From Octopus sinensis (lineage: Eukaryota): 64,000 nt of DNA. Position numbers and translations under genes: made by a program. Of this stretch, positions 1-11,700 are shown one piece after another. Position 1 is the first letter of the stretch, and every line of letters begins with the position of its first letter. The notes below the pieces were generated by a model that did no database searches, was not told where the DNA came from, and saw only the letters and a program-made list of their open reading frames with translations. The stretch is from contig NC_043010.1 of NCBI RefSeq assembly GCF_006345805.1, positions 36,208,001-36,272,000 on the forward strand, written 5' to 3'.

Positions 1-968
1 TACACTGGTCTAAAAAAGAAAAAGAAAAGAAAACAAGAATTCTTGTTAATGTCATGTCCCTTTATATCCTGTAATTTAGCAGTTCAGCAAGGAGATCAAT
101 AAATACCAGACTGAAATAAGTTCTAGAGGTAATATAATTGACTAAAATATTTGAGGCAGCAATGCCCCAACATGGCCATAGTTGAGTGATTGAAACCAGT
201 AAAAGAATACATACATATATGCACTGACAAACACACATTCTCCTTCTACTGTTTCGCCACCATACAAACTCCGTTTCTTCCTTCCATTCTCTCCTTGCCA
301 TACTCAGGCGCACATCCCATCCAGGCATGTTGGTTGTGGAGACCAAATTAATGAAATATGTTTCCATCATTTGAAATTAGGCAATTAAATACACCACAGC
401 TTTTCTGTTTGCAAGTCATAGTGTGTATATAAATATGTGTTTCATTTTTTTTTTTCTCCTGATCAAATCGGATTTGCTTAATTATATCCCACTGATACTG
501 TTTGATGTTTTATACTGTGACATTTAATTATTGTGAGTTACAGTTTATTTTTGTGTGTATGTATGTTGTTCTTGTGTGTGCGACTAAATGCTAAATAACA
601 CCAATGAGAATAGCAACAATTTCGTATATAAATGGCAACACAAGGCCCTTTGTATCTTCTGTAGGGGATGGATAGAAATGAGATGATGGAGAACATTCAT
701 ACATCTCTTCAAGAACAAGAATACAAAAAATAATGAGTTTCTTTTTAACATGTAAGATGATTTTCGTTTCTTACTACAATAATGATTTATTTGGATTAAG
801 CACAAGGTCAGTATATGTCTGGATGATATTATTGAAGTTGACTGAATTGGTATCAGTATTTTAGAAGTACATATTTGATCAGCTTCAGAGGAATGAATTG
901 CCAAGTTAACCTCCATTTAGGTTTCAGATCAAAATCAGGAATCAGTCAGAATTTAGTGATGCCTTTAA

Positions 969-1188
969 CCCTTTCGATACTGTATTTATTTTGAGATGTT
1001 CTGTGTTTCTTTCAATTACTTTAAATATAACAAAGAATTTAGTAAAATAACTTAGTTATCATTAAGCTAGTGTTAGGAATATAAATTGTGACTAAGGTTT
1101 GGTGGAAGATTTTAATTCAAAATTTATGAAAACAAGGCATTTGTACTCAGAGCCAGAGCCGGTTTCAGCCAGGTTGGTAACAAAAGGA
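969..1188. mobile_element. piggyBac-type non-autonomous element (MITE), family copy 1
   Basis: TTAA|CCCTTT...AAAGGA|TTAA ends; closely similar second copy at 8029-8247. Confidence 0.7.
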
Positions 1189-1233
1189 TTAAATTCAGTT
1201 TTCTACTGTATTGGCTATAATAACTATAATAAT

Positions 1234-1666
1234 TTCTGGGGCTATAAACGTCAGTAGCACTGTCTTGTATAGGATGCCACACTTGGTTGGCAATTATATG
1301 TTACGATTCAATACTGCTACTGCTTATATCTTGCTCAGAGATTTAATATAGCTTATTTCTACTTTTTCGAGATCAGTGACAGTTTGTCGCTGGAAAAAGC
1401 GTATAGTATTTTGGGAGTGGAATGAGTTTTCATCACTAGCTTGTGATTAACACACACTGAGGACAGGTAACCACCCAGAAACTTGAATCCGTGTGTACTG
1501 TGTGTATCACGTAAGGCTAGAAATGAGAGTGATGACCTCTCCTCGTAAATACTAATTGGACACAGAATGTGCGTCGTTAGCCAGCTGGAGGAGATGTCTT
1601 CCTGGGGTTATAAACATCAGTAGCACTGTCCTGTACAGGATGCCACACTTGGTTGGCAATTATATG
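1234..1666 (+). mobile_element. Retrozyme-like / Penelope-derived non-autonomous retroelement with hammerhead ribozyme, terminal redundancy and 13-bp TSD
   Basis: TAACTATAATAAT at 1221-1233 and 1667-1679 (TSD). 1234-1300 repeats at 1600-1666 (offset 366, 62/67 identical, all mismatches transitions). Central CTGAGGA...GAAAC HHR core at 1457-1482. Confidence 0.75.
1450..1496 (+). ncRNA. Type I hammerhead ribozyme motif, decayed copy
   Basis: ACACACA-CTGAGGA-CAGGT AACC ACCCA-GAAAC-TTGA-ATC-CGTGTGT. Core nucleotides intact; most stem mismatches are CG>CA/TG changes. Confidence 0.75.
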
Positions 1667-4049
1667 TAACTATAATAATGTATTAGATAAAAAGCAACAT
1701 ATTTTGCATAGAACAAAATAGTTGTAAGCCTTGATTAGTACTCATTTTACTGACATTGAAGGAGCACACAGCAGAGTTAGTTAACCTTGCTGAAGTTGAA
1801 CAGGTTATTTGTTTGGTATTTCGTCTGATACTCTTTCATTTCTACAATTTCATTGTTTTTTTTCTTCTTTTTTTTTCATAATAATAATAATAAGAGTACT
1901 CAGAAAGTGCAAACCTCCGCCAAGGTAACACCAATGTCCTTTCAATGATTAGCCATAGATGATTTTTAGAATGGGAATATCTGAAATAAACTTGGCTGCT
2001 CTCACAAACTAGAATACTTAATGAATCTGACAGCTCTCAAAAATTAAGTAAAAAAACAAAACAAAAAAATAATCCAGAATCCTTGTCTGGTACTGGGTGA
2101 TCCCAAAATCTAATCATGCCAGTCATGAGGCCAAACATTCTTGAAAGTTTCATCCGAATCCATCCAGCGGTTGTTGAGTTATCTTGTCCACAGACAAACA
2201 GACAAATAAACAAACATGACTGAAAACAATATTATTACCTCTGCCTTAGCCAAGGTGGAGGTGTTGGCAATAATAATAATAATAATAATAGTAATAGTAA
2301 TAATAATAATCCTTTCTACTAAAGGCACAAGGCCTGAAATTTTGGGAGAGGGGACTAGTCAATTATATCAATCCCAGTGTTTCACCGGTACTTAATTTAT
2401 TGACCCCAAAAGGCAAAGTTGACCTCAGTGGAATTTGAACTCAGAATGTAACGACAGGTGAAATGCCTCTAAGCATTTCATCCAGTGTGCCAATGATTCT
2501 GCCAGCTCATCACCTTAATAATAATAATAATAATAATCATCCTTTTTATTATAGGCACAAGGCCTAAAATATGTCTTGTAGGGACTGAGGTGAGTCAAAT
2601 ATTTCTCCCACCAGTGCTTGACCAGTGCTTAATTTATCGACTCCAAAAGGATGAAAAGCAAAGTTGATTTTGGTGGAATTTGAACTCGGCACATAAAGAG
2701 CTGAAGGAAATACTGCCAAGCATTTTGTCTGAGTGCTAGTGATTCGACCGGCTCATTGTCTTTTTCGCAATACCAATAATTTCTCACATAAGTACAAAGA
2801 CACAGTATTTTTTTTTATGGTATAAGGAAATTACAAGCCGAGTACTTGACTGGTACTTTATTTATGAACCTCCTCACCAATGATAAAAAGCAAAGTCAAA
2901 ACCTGGTGGGATTTGAACTTGGAATTGTAAACTGATGCTTCTTAATACATTAAGACATTTTGTTTGACTTCTGCCATGTGCTTACATCAACTCCACTACT
3001 TGACTAGTTATTTTGTTACTCCCGAGAGAATGAAAGGCAATGTTGACCTCTTTGAGACATGACTAAAAACATAGGGACACAACCAAATGTCAAGGCATCT
3101 TGTTTGCTACTCTACCCTCTCCTCCTTCCAATGCTTTACTTGTACATATTTTATTGAACCCCTCAAAAGGATGAAAGTCAAAGTTGACCTTGGCAGAATG
3201 AAAGACAGATGAAATGCTGTTAAGCATTTTGTCTGGTGTGTTAATGATTCTGACAGCTCACCACATTCTTTCTTAATGATAATATTAATGATGATGATGA
3301 TAATAACAACAACAGCAACAGTAATTTCTTGTAAGGGAGGGATAATGCTTATGAAATAAATACCTGTCTGTTATAAAATGCTATTGATATCTTCTTTGAG
3401 GAGATGAAAGGAGAAGCTGTTGGTGGCAGCATTTGAACTGACAATGTAATGATAGAAAACTCTACACTGCAGTATTTTTAACCTGACAGTCAGCTCTCTT
3501 CAATAATGACAATGATTTCTTTTATTGATCTCAGGCTTCAGATTTGTGTGGGAGTGTCTTTTGTCAATTAAATGAATTACTGTTTACTTACATTTCAACC
3601 TGTGGTGGAGATGAAGGTTGAAGTTAGCACAAGTAGGATTTGAAATCAGAAACTGCTGACTCGCTACCCTTAGTAAGAGAGTGTATCATCTTCTAAATAG
3701 CAGCCAGAAAGGCTATTTTACCCCTTCTTCTCCATAGTTTTTCTATACTTCCATTCTGTTCTCACCACTCACTTCCTACTACATTCCTCCATGTAATGAA
3801 TTTGAATTTCACTGTTGTTTCCTCTGTCTTTGTAATGTAAGGCTTACCATAAATGCTTTTTTAACTTTATTACTGGTTCCAGTCATTGGACTAGCAGCTA
3901 GGGTACTGCTTGGAAGACTTTAGTTGTTCAAACCTACCCCAGTGCTTATTTCAATGCTGGTTAGTCACTTTTTGCTGAACCACTAAGTTACAGGGATGTC
4001 AGCAAACCAGTACCAGTTGTCAAGCTGTGAGAGACATAAACTCTCTCTC

Positions 4050-4089
<40 letters not shown>

Positions 4090-5375
4090 CCTCTGTAATA
4101 AAAAAGAAAATTCCTTCTATGAAAAGCAGGAAACAGGTGATGGTTGCCTAACAGGAAGTGTATCTGGCTATAAAAATATTGTCCTGTCTAAGTCATGCTA
4201 ACATAGAAAAACAAATGCTAAACAAAACAAATGATATTCTTACACATCTTGATTCAGCACAGTTTCCCTCTATTAAATTCACTCACAAAGCATAAGCTAG
4301 CTAGGAGCTATAATAGAAGGCACCTCAAAGGTTACCATTCAGTAGGACTGAACCCAAAACCTGATGGCTGTGAGGCAAACTTGTTACTCACAGAGCCATG
4401 CCTGGTAATGATTTTTCTTTTCCATTCACTTGTGTAATTTCAAATGTTGACTTTTTTTCTTTCTCACTACATTTTGTGAGCCCACACTTTTTACTATGTG
4501 TTTAACAAGTCTGACATCTACCTACCTTGCTTGGCAAGTCCCCACTCCTCGTTCAGTCTAATGAAACTTCCACAATCCTCCCAACCTGCTTAAGTGTGTC
4601 TTCTAGGCTCAACCTTGCTTTACTTAGTGGCGCTTTGTTATATTATCATTTTTCGTTTTTTTTTTCTCTCTTCAGCTTTCCATTGATTTTTCTGTTTCTG
4701 ATTTTGTTTTGATTTGAAGTTTATTTTTCCTTGTCATGTTCATCATCATCGTCATCATCATCTTCCGTTATCACATCTTTGCCACTGTCTGTAATTTTTA
4801 TCACTGTCATAGCAGTTGTCATTGTTAGCATTCATCATCATTGGCTTGGCTTTTCACTTTAACAGCCATGGTTGCAGTGGAGAAGGCGAAGTCTGTCTGT
4901 CTTGTCCGGCCTTGAATGTCACTGATATCAACTATGTTACTATATTTAGTTGTGTGTGCAAATATGTATGTGCACACACACACACATGTTTGTATGTGTG
5001 TTTTTACATCACCAATTTCACAAGTTAACTTGTATGTTCGCAAATAATCAGTAGGTCATTCCACTAGAAATCTATTACCCATGGATAATGCTTAATTCTT
5101 TCTATATTCCCTGTCATACTATCATGATGTAATATGCGTATGTACATATTAAACACATAAATGATTATCTTTGTGTTAATCTGTGTGTGTGAGTGTAAAC
5201 AAGAGATAAGGATCTTGATTTAGATGTGTGTATTCCCACCCTTTTTTTTTTATAATTTGAGGCAAAGTTCAATTTAAGGCTTTTGAAGAAAAGAATTGCA
5301 TATGTGTGTTTAGTTATATATATATATATATATATATATCTGTAAATGTAATATGTGACAATTATTCGGTAGCCA

Positions 5376-5438
5376 TGATAAAACTCAGAGTTTCAGATGT
5401 TGGGGTGGAAATCCACACCGCCATCTCTTCAGTTACCC
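5376..5438 (-). ncRNA. Type I hammerhead ribozyme motif (mirror copy on left arm)
   Basis: Minus strand: GGGTAA-CTGAAGA-GATG...CATC-T-GAAAC TC T GA GTT-TTATCA. Confidence 0.6.
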
Positions 5439-5526
5439 AGCCATCGGAAAAAATGCTATGAAAATTGTTCATGAGCTTCGAAATCAAATAAGAAGGGTCA
5501 TTTTCATAGCATTTTTTCCGATGGCT

Positions 5527-5589
5527 TGATAACTGAAGAGATGGCGGCGTGGATTTCCACCCCGACATCCGAAACTCGGAGTTTTATCA
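5527..5589 (+). ncRNA. Type I hammerhead ribozyme motif with long stem II
   Basis: TGATAA-CTGAAGA-GATG G CGG C GTGG ATTT CCAC C CCG A CATC-C-GAAAC TC G GA GTT-TTATCA. Perfect 6-bp stem I, 4-bp stem III with 1-nt loop, one extra nt before GAAA. Confidence 0.7.
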
Positions 5590-5690
5590 TGGCTACCAAA
5601 TAATTGTCACATTACATTTACAGATAAATTCCTCTATTTACGTAATATTGATTTCTCTTTCATTCTTTTGTTGTCTTACCATTTCTATCA

Positions 5691-5743
<53 letters not shown>

Positions 5744-6456
5744 GATAGATAGGTATATGTGCATCTCAATTTATAATGAAAATTAACTGTTTTTACATTT
5801 GAAATTGAATTTCAATTTATAAAAGGAATGGAAATTTAAAAAATACATGTATCAGTTCTTGGTGTAGGAACTGTTAAATCCTCCTAGTTAGAGCATTTTA
5901 TCCATTTTATAGTAATAACATCTCCCATGTCAATTTTACATGTAGTTTGATCAATATTCTGTGATTAGAATTTGGTCGATAGACATTGCGTGTATATGTG
6001 TGTGTGCGTGTGTGTATCTATTGTCTTTGTTGATCAGATTAACTGAATCAGCACCTGTATGTGCAGGATCAGGTAAAACCTTTCGTGGAAGAGTCAGCAT
6101 TCATCATACATGCAAGTCTCACTTCTCCACGCAGCCACTTGCCTGAAGGAGAGGCTTTGCATAAAGGCCAATTTAGCTTGGCAATAGTATTCCATCATAA
6201 GTATGGCGGATCAAATATGAAAAATCAGTACATATAATTTGAGGTGGGTGTGTATCTATTTCTGGTTATTTCATCATGTTGAACTGTTTAATCCCTACAC
6301 AATTTTTTTCTCTCCATTTTATTTTCTCTCAATTGTTTCTGTTGAAGAGTGTTGGCTTGAAACATCAAAGATTTTTCCATTCTTCCTGAGTGTTAGACTA
6401 ATACACTTGCTTGTTATTCCTTCACTTGTCTTTTTCTTTTGTTTTTTGTAAATTTG

Positions 6457-6513
<57 letters not shown>

Positions 6514-7015
6514 ATATGTATCATGTTGGTAGGTAGGGTAAAATCCTACCTGCTTCCTCTTGAAGCATGTCCGCTTATTCTATCATTACAATCCAGTATG
6601 AAGTTGCCATCATTGTTGAATAGATGCAAGGTACATATTAGAGTTGAAACTTCTGGAAATATTGTTTGCAGAGTTTATTGTATAGCAAACAGGAAGCTGG
6701 GAAATTTTGGGGTATTATTTATTCTCCATTACACATGTTTCATTTGCTAATAGGAATTACAGAGTTTTACATTCCAGATAGACATGTAAGGAATTTCCGA
6801 TTAGAAATTCTTCAGACACAGAATTAAATAATATTATTTAATATTTGCATTTATTTAATAAAATTTAATTCTCTGTCTGCAAATGAAAGAAATATGTAAT
6901 GGTGAATAAATAATACTAAAAGATTTTCCAACTTCATGTTTTGTTATATATCATCTAACACTTTAACATGTTTGTGTGAGTAAATGTGTATATTTATGTG
7001 TGTATATATTCTGAT

Positions 7016-7502
7016 TGTGGAGGCGCAATGGCCCAGTTGTTAGGGCAGCGGACTCGTGGTTTCGATTCCCAGACGGGCATTGTGAGTGTTTATTGAACGA
7101 AAACACCAAATGCTCCACGAGGCTCCAGCAGGGGGTGGTAGTGAACTCTACTGTACTCTTTCACCACAACTGTCTCTCACTCTGCCTGTTTCTGTTGTAC
7201 CTGTATTTCAAAGGGCCAGTCTTGTCACATTCTGTGTCATGTTGAATCTCCCCGAGAACTATGTTAAGGGGACATGTGTCTGTGGAGTGCTCAGCCACTT
7301 GCACATTAATAAATGAGCTGTGACGTCACCGGTGCCAATCTGTATTGGCCTTTACCTTTCCCTTGGATAACATCAGTGGCGTGGAGAGAGGAGGTTGGTA
7401 TGCGTGGGCGACCTCAGGTCTTCCATAAACAACCTTGCCCTGACTTGTGCCTCAGAGGGTAACTTTCTAGGTGCAATCCCATGGTCATTTGTGACCGAAG
7501 GC
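7016..7502 (+). mobile_element. tRNA-derived SINE (long family)
   Basis: 5' head with A-box-like TGGCCCAGTTGTTAGGGC and B-box-like GGTTTCGATTCCC followed by a more GC-rich body. Confidence 0.65.
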
Positions 7503-8028
7503 AGTTGAAATAATAAATGCTTTATTTGAAAAATAGGGAAGGGTTAATGACATGAATAGCACTGTGTCAAAATACCACATATAAATCCCTGCCTATCCTT
7601 GCTAGCATGGAAAAAAACCACATTAAATGAATGAATGAAAGATGTGTGTGTGTGTGCGTGTTTGTGTGTTTGATGAAATTTACTTCCTAACCATGTAGTT
7701 TCAGGTTCAGTCTTTCTGTGTGGCACCTTTGGCAAGTGTCTTCTACTATAATCCTAAGTTGACTAAAGTCTTGTGAACGAATTTGACAGATGGAAACTGA
7801 AAGAAACCTGGCAATTATATGTGTGAGTTTGTGTCTCCTCAACATTGTGTGATTGTTGTAAACAGATTTCATTAATTTCCTGTTTTCTGTGTAAACATAA
7901 TCAGGCCATGGGGAAATATTACCTTGTTTAGAAACAGGTAAGGATTATTGACAAGGAGGGCATATGGCCTTAGAAAATCCCCCCCAAACTCTGTCTGATC
8001 CATACAAGCATGGAAAAATGGATGTAAA

Positions 8029-8247
8029 CCCTTTCATTACTGTATTTATTTTGAATGCTCTGTGTTTCTTTCAATTACTTTAAATATAACAAAGAATTTA
8101 GTAAAATAACTTAGTTACCATTAAGCTAGTGTTAGGTACACAAATTGTGACTAAGGTTTGGTGGAAGATTTTAATTCAAAATTTATGAAAACAAGACATT
8201 TGTACTCAGAGCCAGAGCCGGTTTCAGCTGGGTTGGTAATAAAAGGG
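8029..8247. mobile_element. piggyBac-type non-autonomous element (MITE), family copy 2
   Basis: TAAA|CCCTTT...AAAGGG|TTAA; near-identical to 969-1188. Confidence 0.7.
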
Positions 8248-9123
8248 TTAAACAATGATGATATGTATTTTAGTATCTTTGTGTGCCTATCTATCCATCT
8301 AGCTAGCTATCAATCTATCTCTATATGTATCTCTAATCTATATATGTATCTGTTTGCATTTGTATGTATTTATGTGTGTGAATCGTTGAAATTTTACACG
8401 CTAGAGAAGAGCAATGTGGAGAAGGATAGCTGAAAGCCTTGAACTAAAAGAGTGTTATGGTATTCAAAATATTTCCAAATTTGTTTTTAAATTTAGATTT
8501 AGTAATCTTTGGGGAACATTTTCACTTATATTATTTTAACATTCCATTAGTAATTGGACTTCACTTTAGTTTTATTGTAAGTTTTCTCTCAAGTATGCAT
8601 TTTAATATCTTCAGATTTTGTTTTCTTTCCCTCAATTGCATTCATATATGACAAGACTTCAGATACTCAACTAGATCTAGTTTAATGTCTCTGAACCAGT
8701 CTTTGGCATGAGCATCGCCGAGGCAGTCTATCTTGTTTAGTGTTACTGAGCTTGCTTTTTTTCACTGTTACTGAGCCAGCATTTATTTTTGTTGTTACCA
8801 AGCCAAGATATCATATCAGCAAAAGCTGATTTAAGAACTGGTTTCTGAAAATCCACTAAATTCATAAAGTAGCTTGATTGTTTTCTGGTATCCAAGGAAG
8901 TTGTAGGTTGAATTGAAGTTTAAAAAAAATAAAAACAAAAATCCCAGAAAAACATAACCTGAGTTATTTGATATCTGCACACCAATCCTATTATTAAAAC
9001 TTTGTGTATGTGTGTGTGTGTGTGTGAGAGAGAGAGAAAGAGAAAGAAAGAGCAAGCATGTTGAAAAGCTTAGCTCTCAAAATAAACAGCAGCTGGACTA
9101 TATAACTTAGTGTTCTTAATTTA

Positions 9124-9162
<39 letters not shown>

Positions 9163-9949
9163 ACACACACACACATATGCAGAGTTTATAAAATTTCTAG
9201 ATTAGTTTTCTGTATTCATTATAAATTATTTAATATTTGCACTGCTGTTTTGTCACTAAAACCCTGAGGTTTTGAATTCCTCTGTGTCACATTTGTGGGT
9301 CAAATCCCATTTATTGCTTCCAAACTTTCCTTTGTTCCTTTTGTAAAACCATGTTTATGTGTGGGTATGCATTCACATAAGGGATGAGAAAATAATTCCA
9401 TGTTATTTATTTTTCTGGAAAATGAAAGGCTGGAATGAGGGTGTTCATTGTCTTAGCCAATGACTGAATAATGATGATGATGGTGATTAAAATTATAGTG
9501 GTTGTCATTGTTTGAGTGTCCATTTCTTTCCCTCACATGTTGGTATGTGTGTGCTGTAATATAGTGATCCCTGCTCAAATTTCTTACATCTCATAAAACA
9601 TCTTTCCAGGTTTGAACTTAATTTTCTTCCCATGTTTTCTTTTCTGCTTGAGATAAGTACTTCAATAAGTCACTTTTCATCTTTTGTAAATAATGTAAAC
9701 AAGAGTGTCCATTGTCATGTTGCTTAGTAGCTGTTGTTGATCATTGTTAATAATGATGAAAAAATATAATAGGAAAACAAATAATAAAAGTACTAAAGCA
9801 TATGTGTCTAAAAATCTATCTGAAATAAGTATCTGATTAATATAATGAAAGTTAAAATTTTCAGTCTTGGAAAAATTTTGTAGATTAAAGATATATAAAA
9901 TTTTGGTGACATTTTCAGCATTGTGAGGTATCTGTTGTACCCTATGTAG

Positions 9950-11700
9950 TTCTTGATAATGCAATATAGAAGTTCGAATAGATCAGTTAGGGAGAACAGA
10001 CTTATTTTACTCAATGATTGATGGAGATTTATTGACTGTCATTGTGAAAGCAACTTGAATTGGAAAATGCAAGTGTGTAACGTTGGTGTAATGTGTCAGA
10101 AGGTCTCAGTTTAATTCTTTGCACAATTACATGTTTTCTATTTTGTGACAATGTAACCTTCAGTCATGAGTTCATGTAACTTGGTTTTTTTGAATTCTTG
10201 TTCTGTCACAAAGTCTGTTATCAGTACTTAAAATATTGCAATATCCATTGCATCACATTTCATTTACAAGGTCAAAATCTGGGGAGAGATTCACTCTACC
10301 AAAATTTGAACTGTTAGGAACAACATTGATGAAAAAATGTATAGATTTTCTTCCTCATTGCAAGAATCAATGCTTTTGTTAGTGACTGTTTCTCCACCAA
10401 ATATGTTAATAATTTCCTCATTTGTAAAATTAATAGCTGCATTTACTAATGGGGGTAGTACTGCTCTGTCTGTGCATTGCTCAAAGCATGATATATCATT
10501 TCACATTCATTTGATACAGCTTCAATGCCATTTAGAAGCCCAGTCTTGCTATCAGTATCCTGTTGAACATGAATAAAAAAAATCAGCACTGTTATGCCCC
10601 CATCTTTGATTCTATAGTTGCATATCCATGTTTCATTTTCATCACTCTCTTCCAAAATAAAGAATGTAGCAAATCTATGCTCATCTTGGCAGCTCTGCCA
10701 AATTTCTTTAAAATAGGAAGTATTTGCTAAAAGTTGCCTAGAAACATCAAGATCTTGCCACCCAAAGGTAAACCATTTTGTGAAATGATTTTCCTTTTGT
10801 GCTATCAACAGCTATGAACATGTGCTATCAACAGCTTCATGCGCATATCTCAATATTTGTGGAGCTTCATTCCAACAGATGAAACCATAGTCTTGAGTTA
10901 TTTTTGCTAGTTTGCTGTTGACATCAATACTGAAAACTGAAATTTGTAGTCAATATAAATTGGAATATAGAAAGTTAAAATGAGCTGATAGAACGTTTTT
11001 AAAACAACACGGCCAGTCTTATACTTTTAGTAGTGAGAACTCATTGATCCAATCATACTTGTATCTGCACAGTCTGAGACAGTGGTTGCTGTAAGTATCC
11101 TATAAATTGTTCTTCTAAATGGTTTCCAATAGTTCTATATTTATAATTTTGTTAGAACTCTATAGAAACAAACATGTTGAAATTATTTGCTGTGTGAGGT
11201 TTATCATGTTAATCTAAGTTTATCAGCTAATGTGTATATGGAAGACTTTTTTTACTCGAAGAATTCAGTTGAAAAACTATGCCTTTGACTTTTTCAAATG
11301 TATTTTCTTCATAATTGACTATTTTCTTCTGTTCTATGGAGTGTGGCTCCTATTTCAGAAGCAGTAAAAGCCTCATAATTTCTCATATGCCATAAACCAA
11401 TGATCAAAGAGAAATGTACTAAAAGACAAGTTGCCGAGTCAAGTGAGATATATGATAGGCAGGATGTAAATGTTTAAGAATACATAATGTTCATACAAGT
11501 TCAATGGAAGTATTAAGACCTGTTCCTTCAAATGTTGCATAAAATGCATTCAGTAACCCAATCTGAATTGCTATATATCATAGATGTAAATTTGGGCCAA
11601 GGACATGGTTTTATAAGAAGCAGGTATTAGTCCAGTTGAAAGCAGGTGAAAGGTATCACTTTCAACTCCCTATATGTATACACTAGCTTTGAAGCTGGGT
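9950..11700 (-). mobile_element. Decayed Helitron RepHel remnant (PIF1-like helicase plus N-terminal fragment), many stops and frameshifts
   Basis: Minus-strand motifs in correct order: AQIYIYD (~11580, Helitron N-terminal motif), FICWNEAPQILRYAHEAVD (~10830-10885, helicase motif II), PLGGKILMFLGNF*QILP (~10720-10770, motif III), FPIQVAFTMTVNK (~10030-10068) and YIALSR (~9950-9968, motifs V/VI). Confidence 0.85.

Larger units (their letters stand above)
5338..5625. mobile_element. Fold-back (inverted duplication) element with an HHR motif on each arm, Penelope-like terminal fragment
   Basis: Arms 5338-5465 and 5500-5625 are reverse complements around a ~34-nt spacer; each arm contains CTGAAGA...GAAACTC(G/T)GAGTT. 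Confidence 0.7.

Noticed and set aside
5961-6146. ORF containing GSGKT (P-loop-like)
   Set aside because: No preceding hydrophobic strand or full GxxxxGK[ST] context, no Walker B, short and microsatellite-derived start.
7016-7080. Possible tRNA genes at SINE heads
   Set aside because: A/B boxes present but no complete cloverleaf; they continue into repeat bodies.
10446-10808. 120-aa ORF in the supplied track
   Set aside because: Off-frame reading of the decayed Helitron helicase, not a gene.
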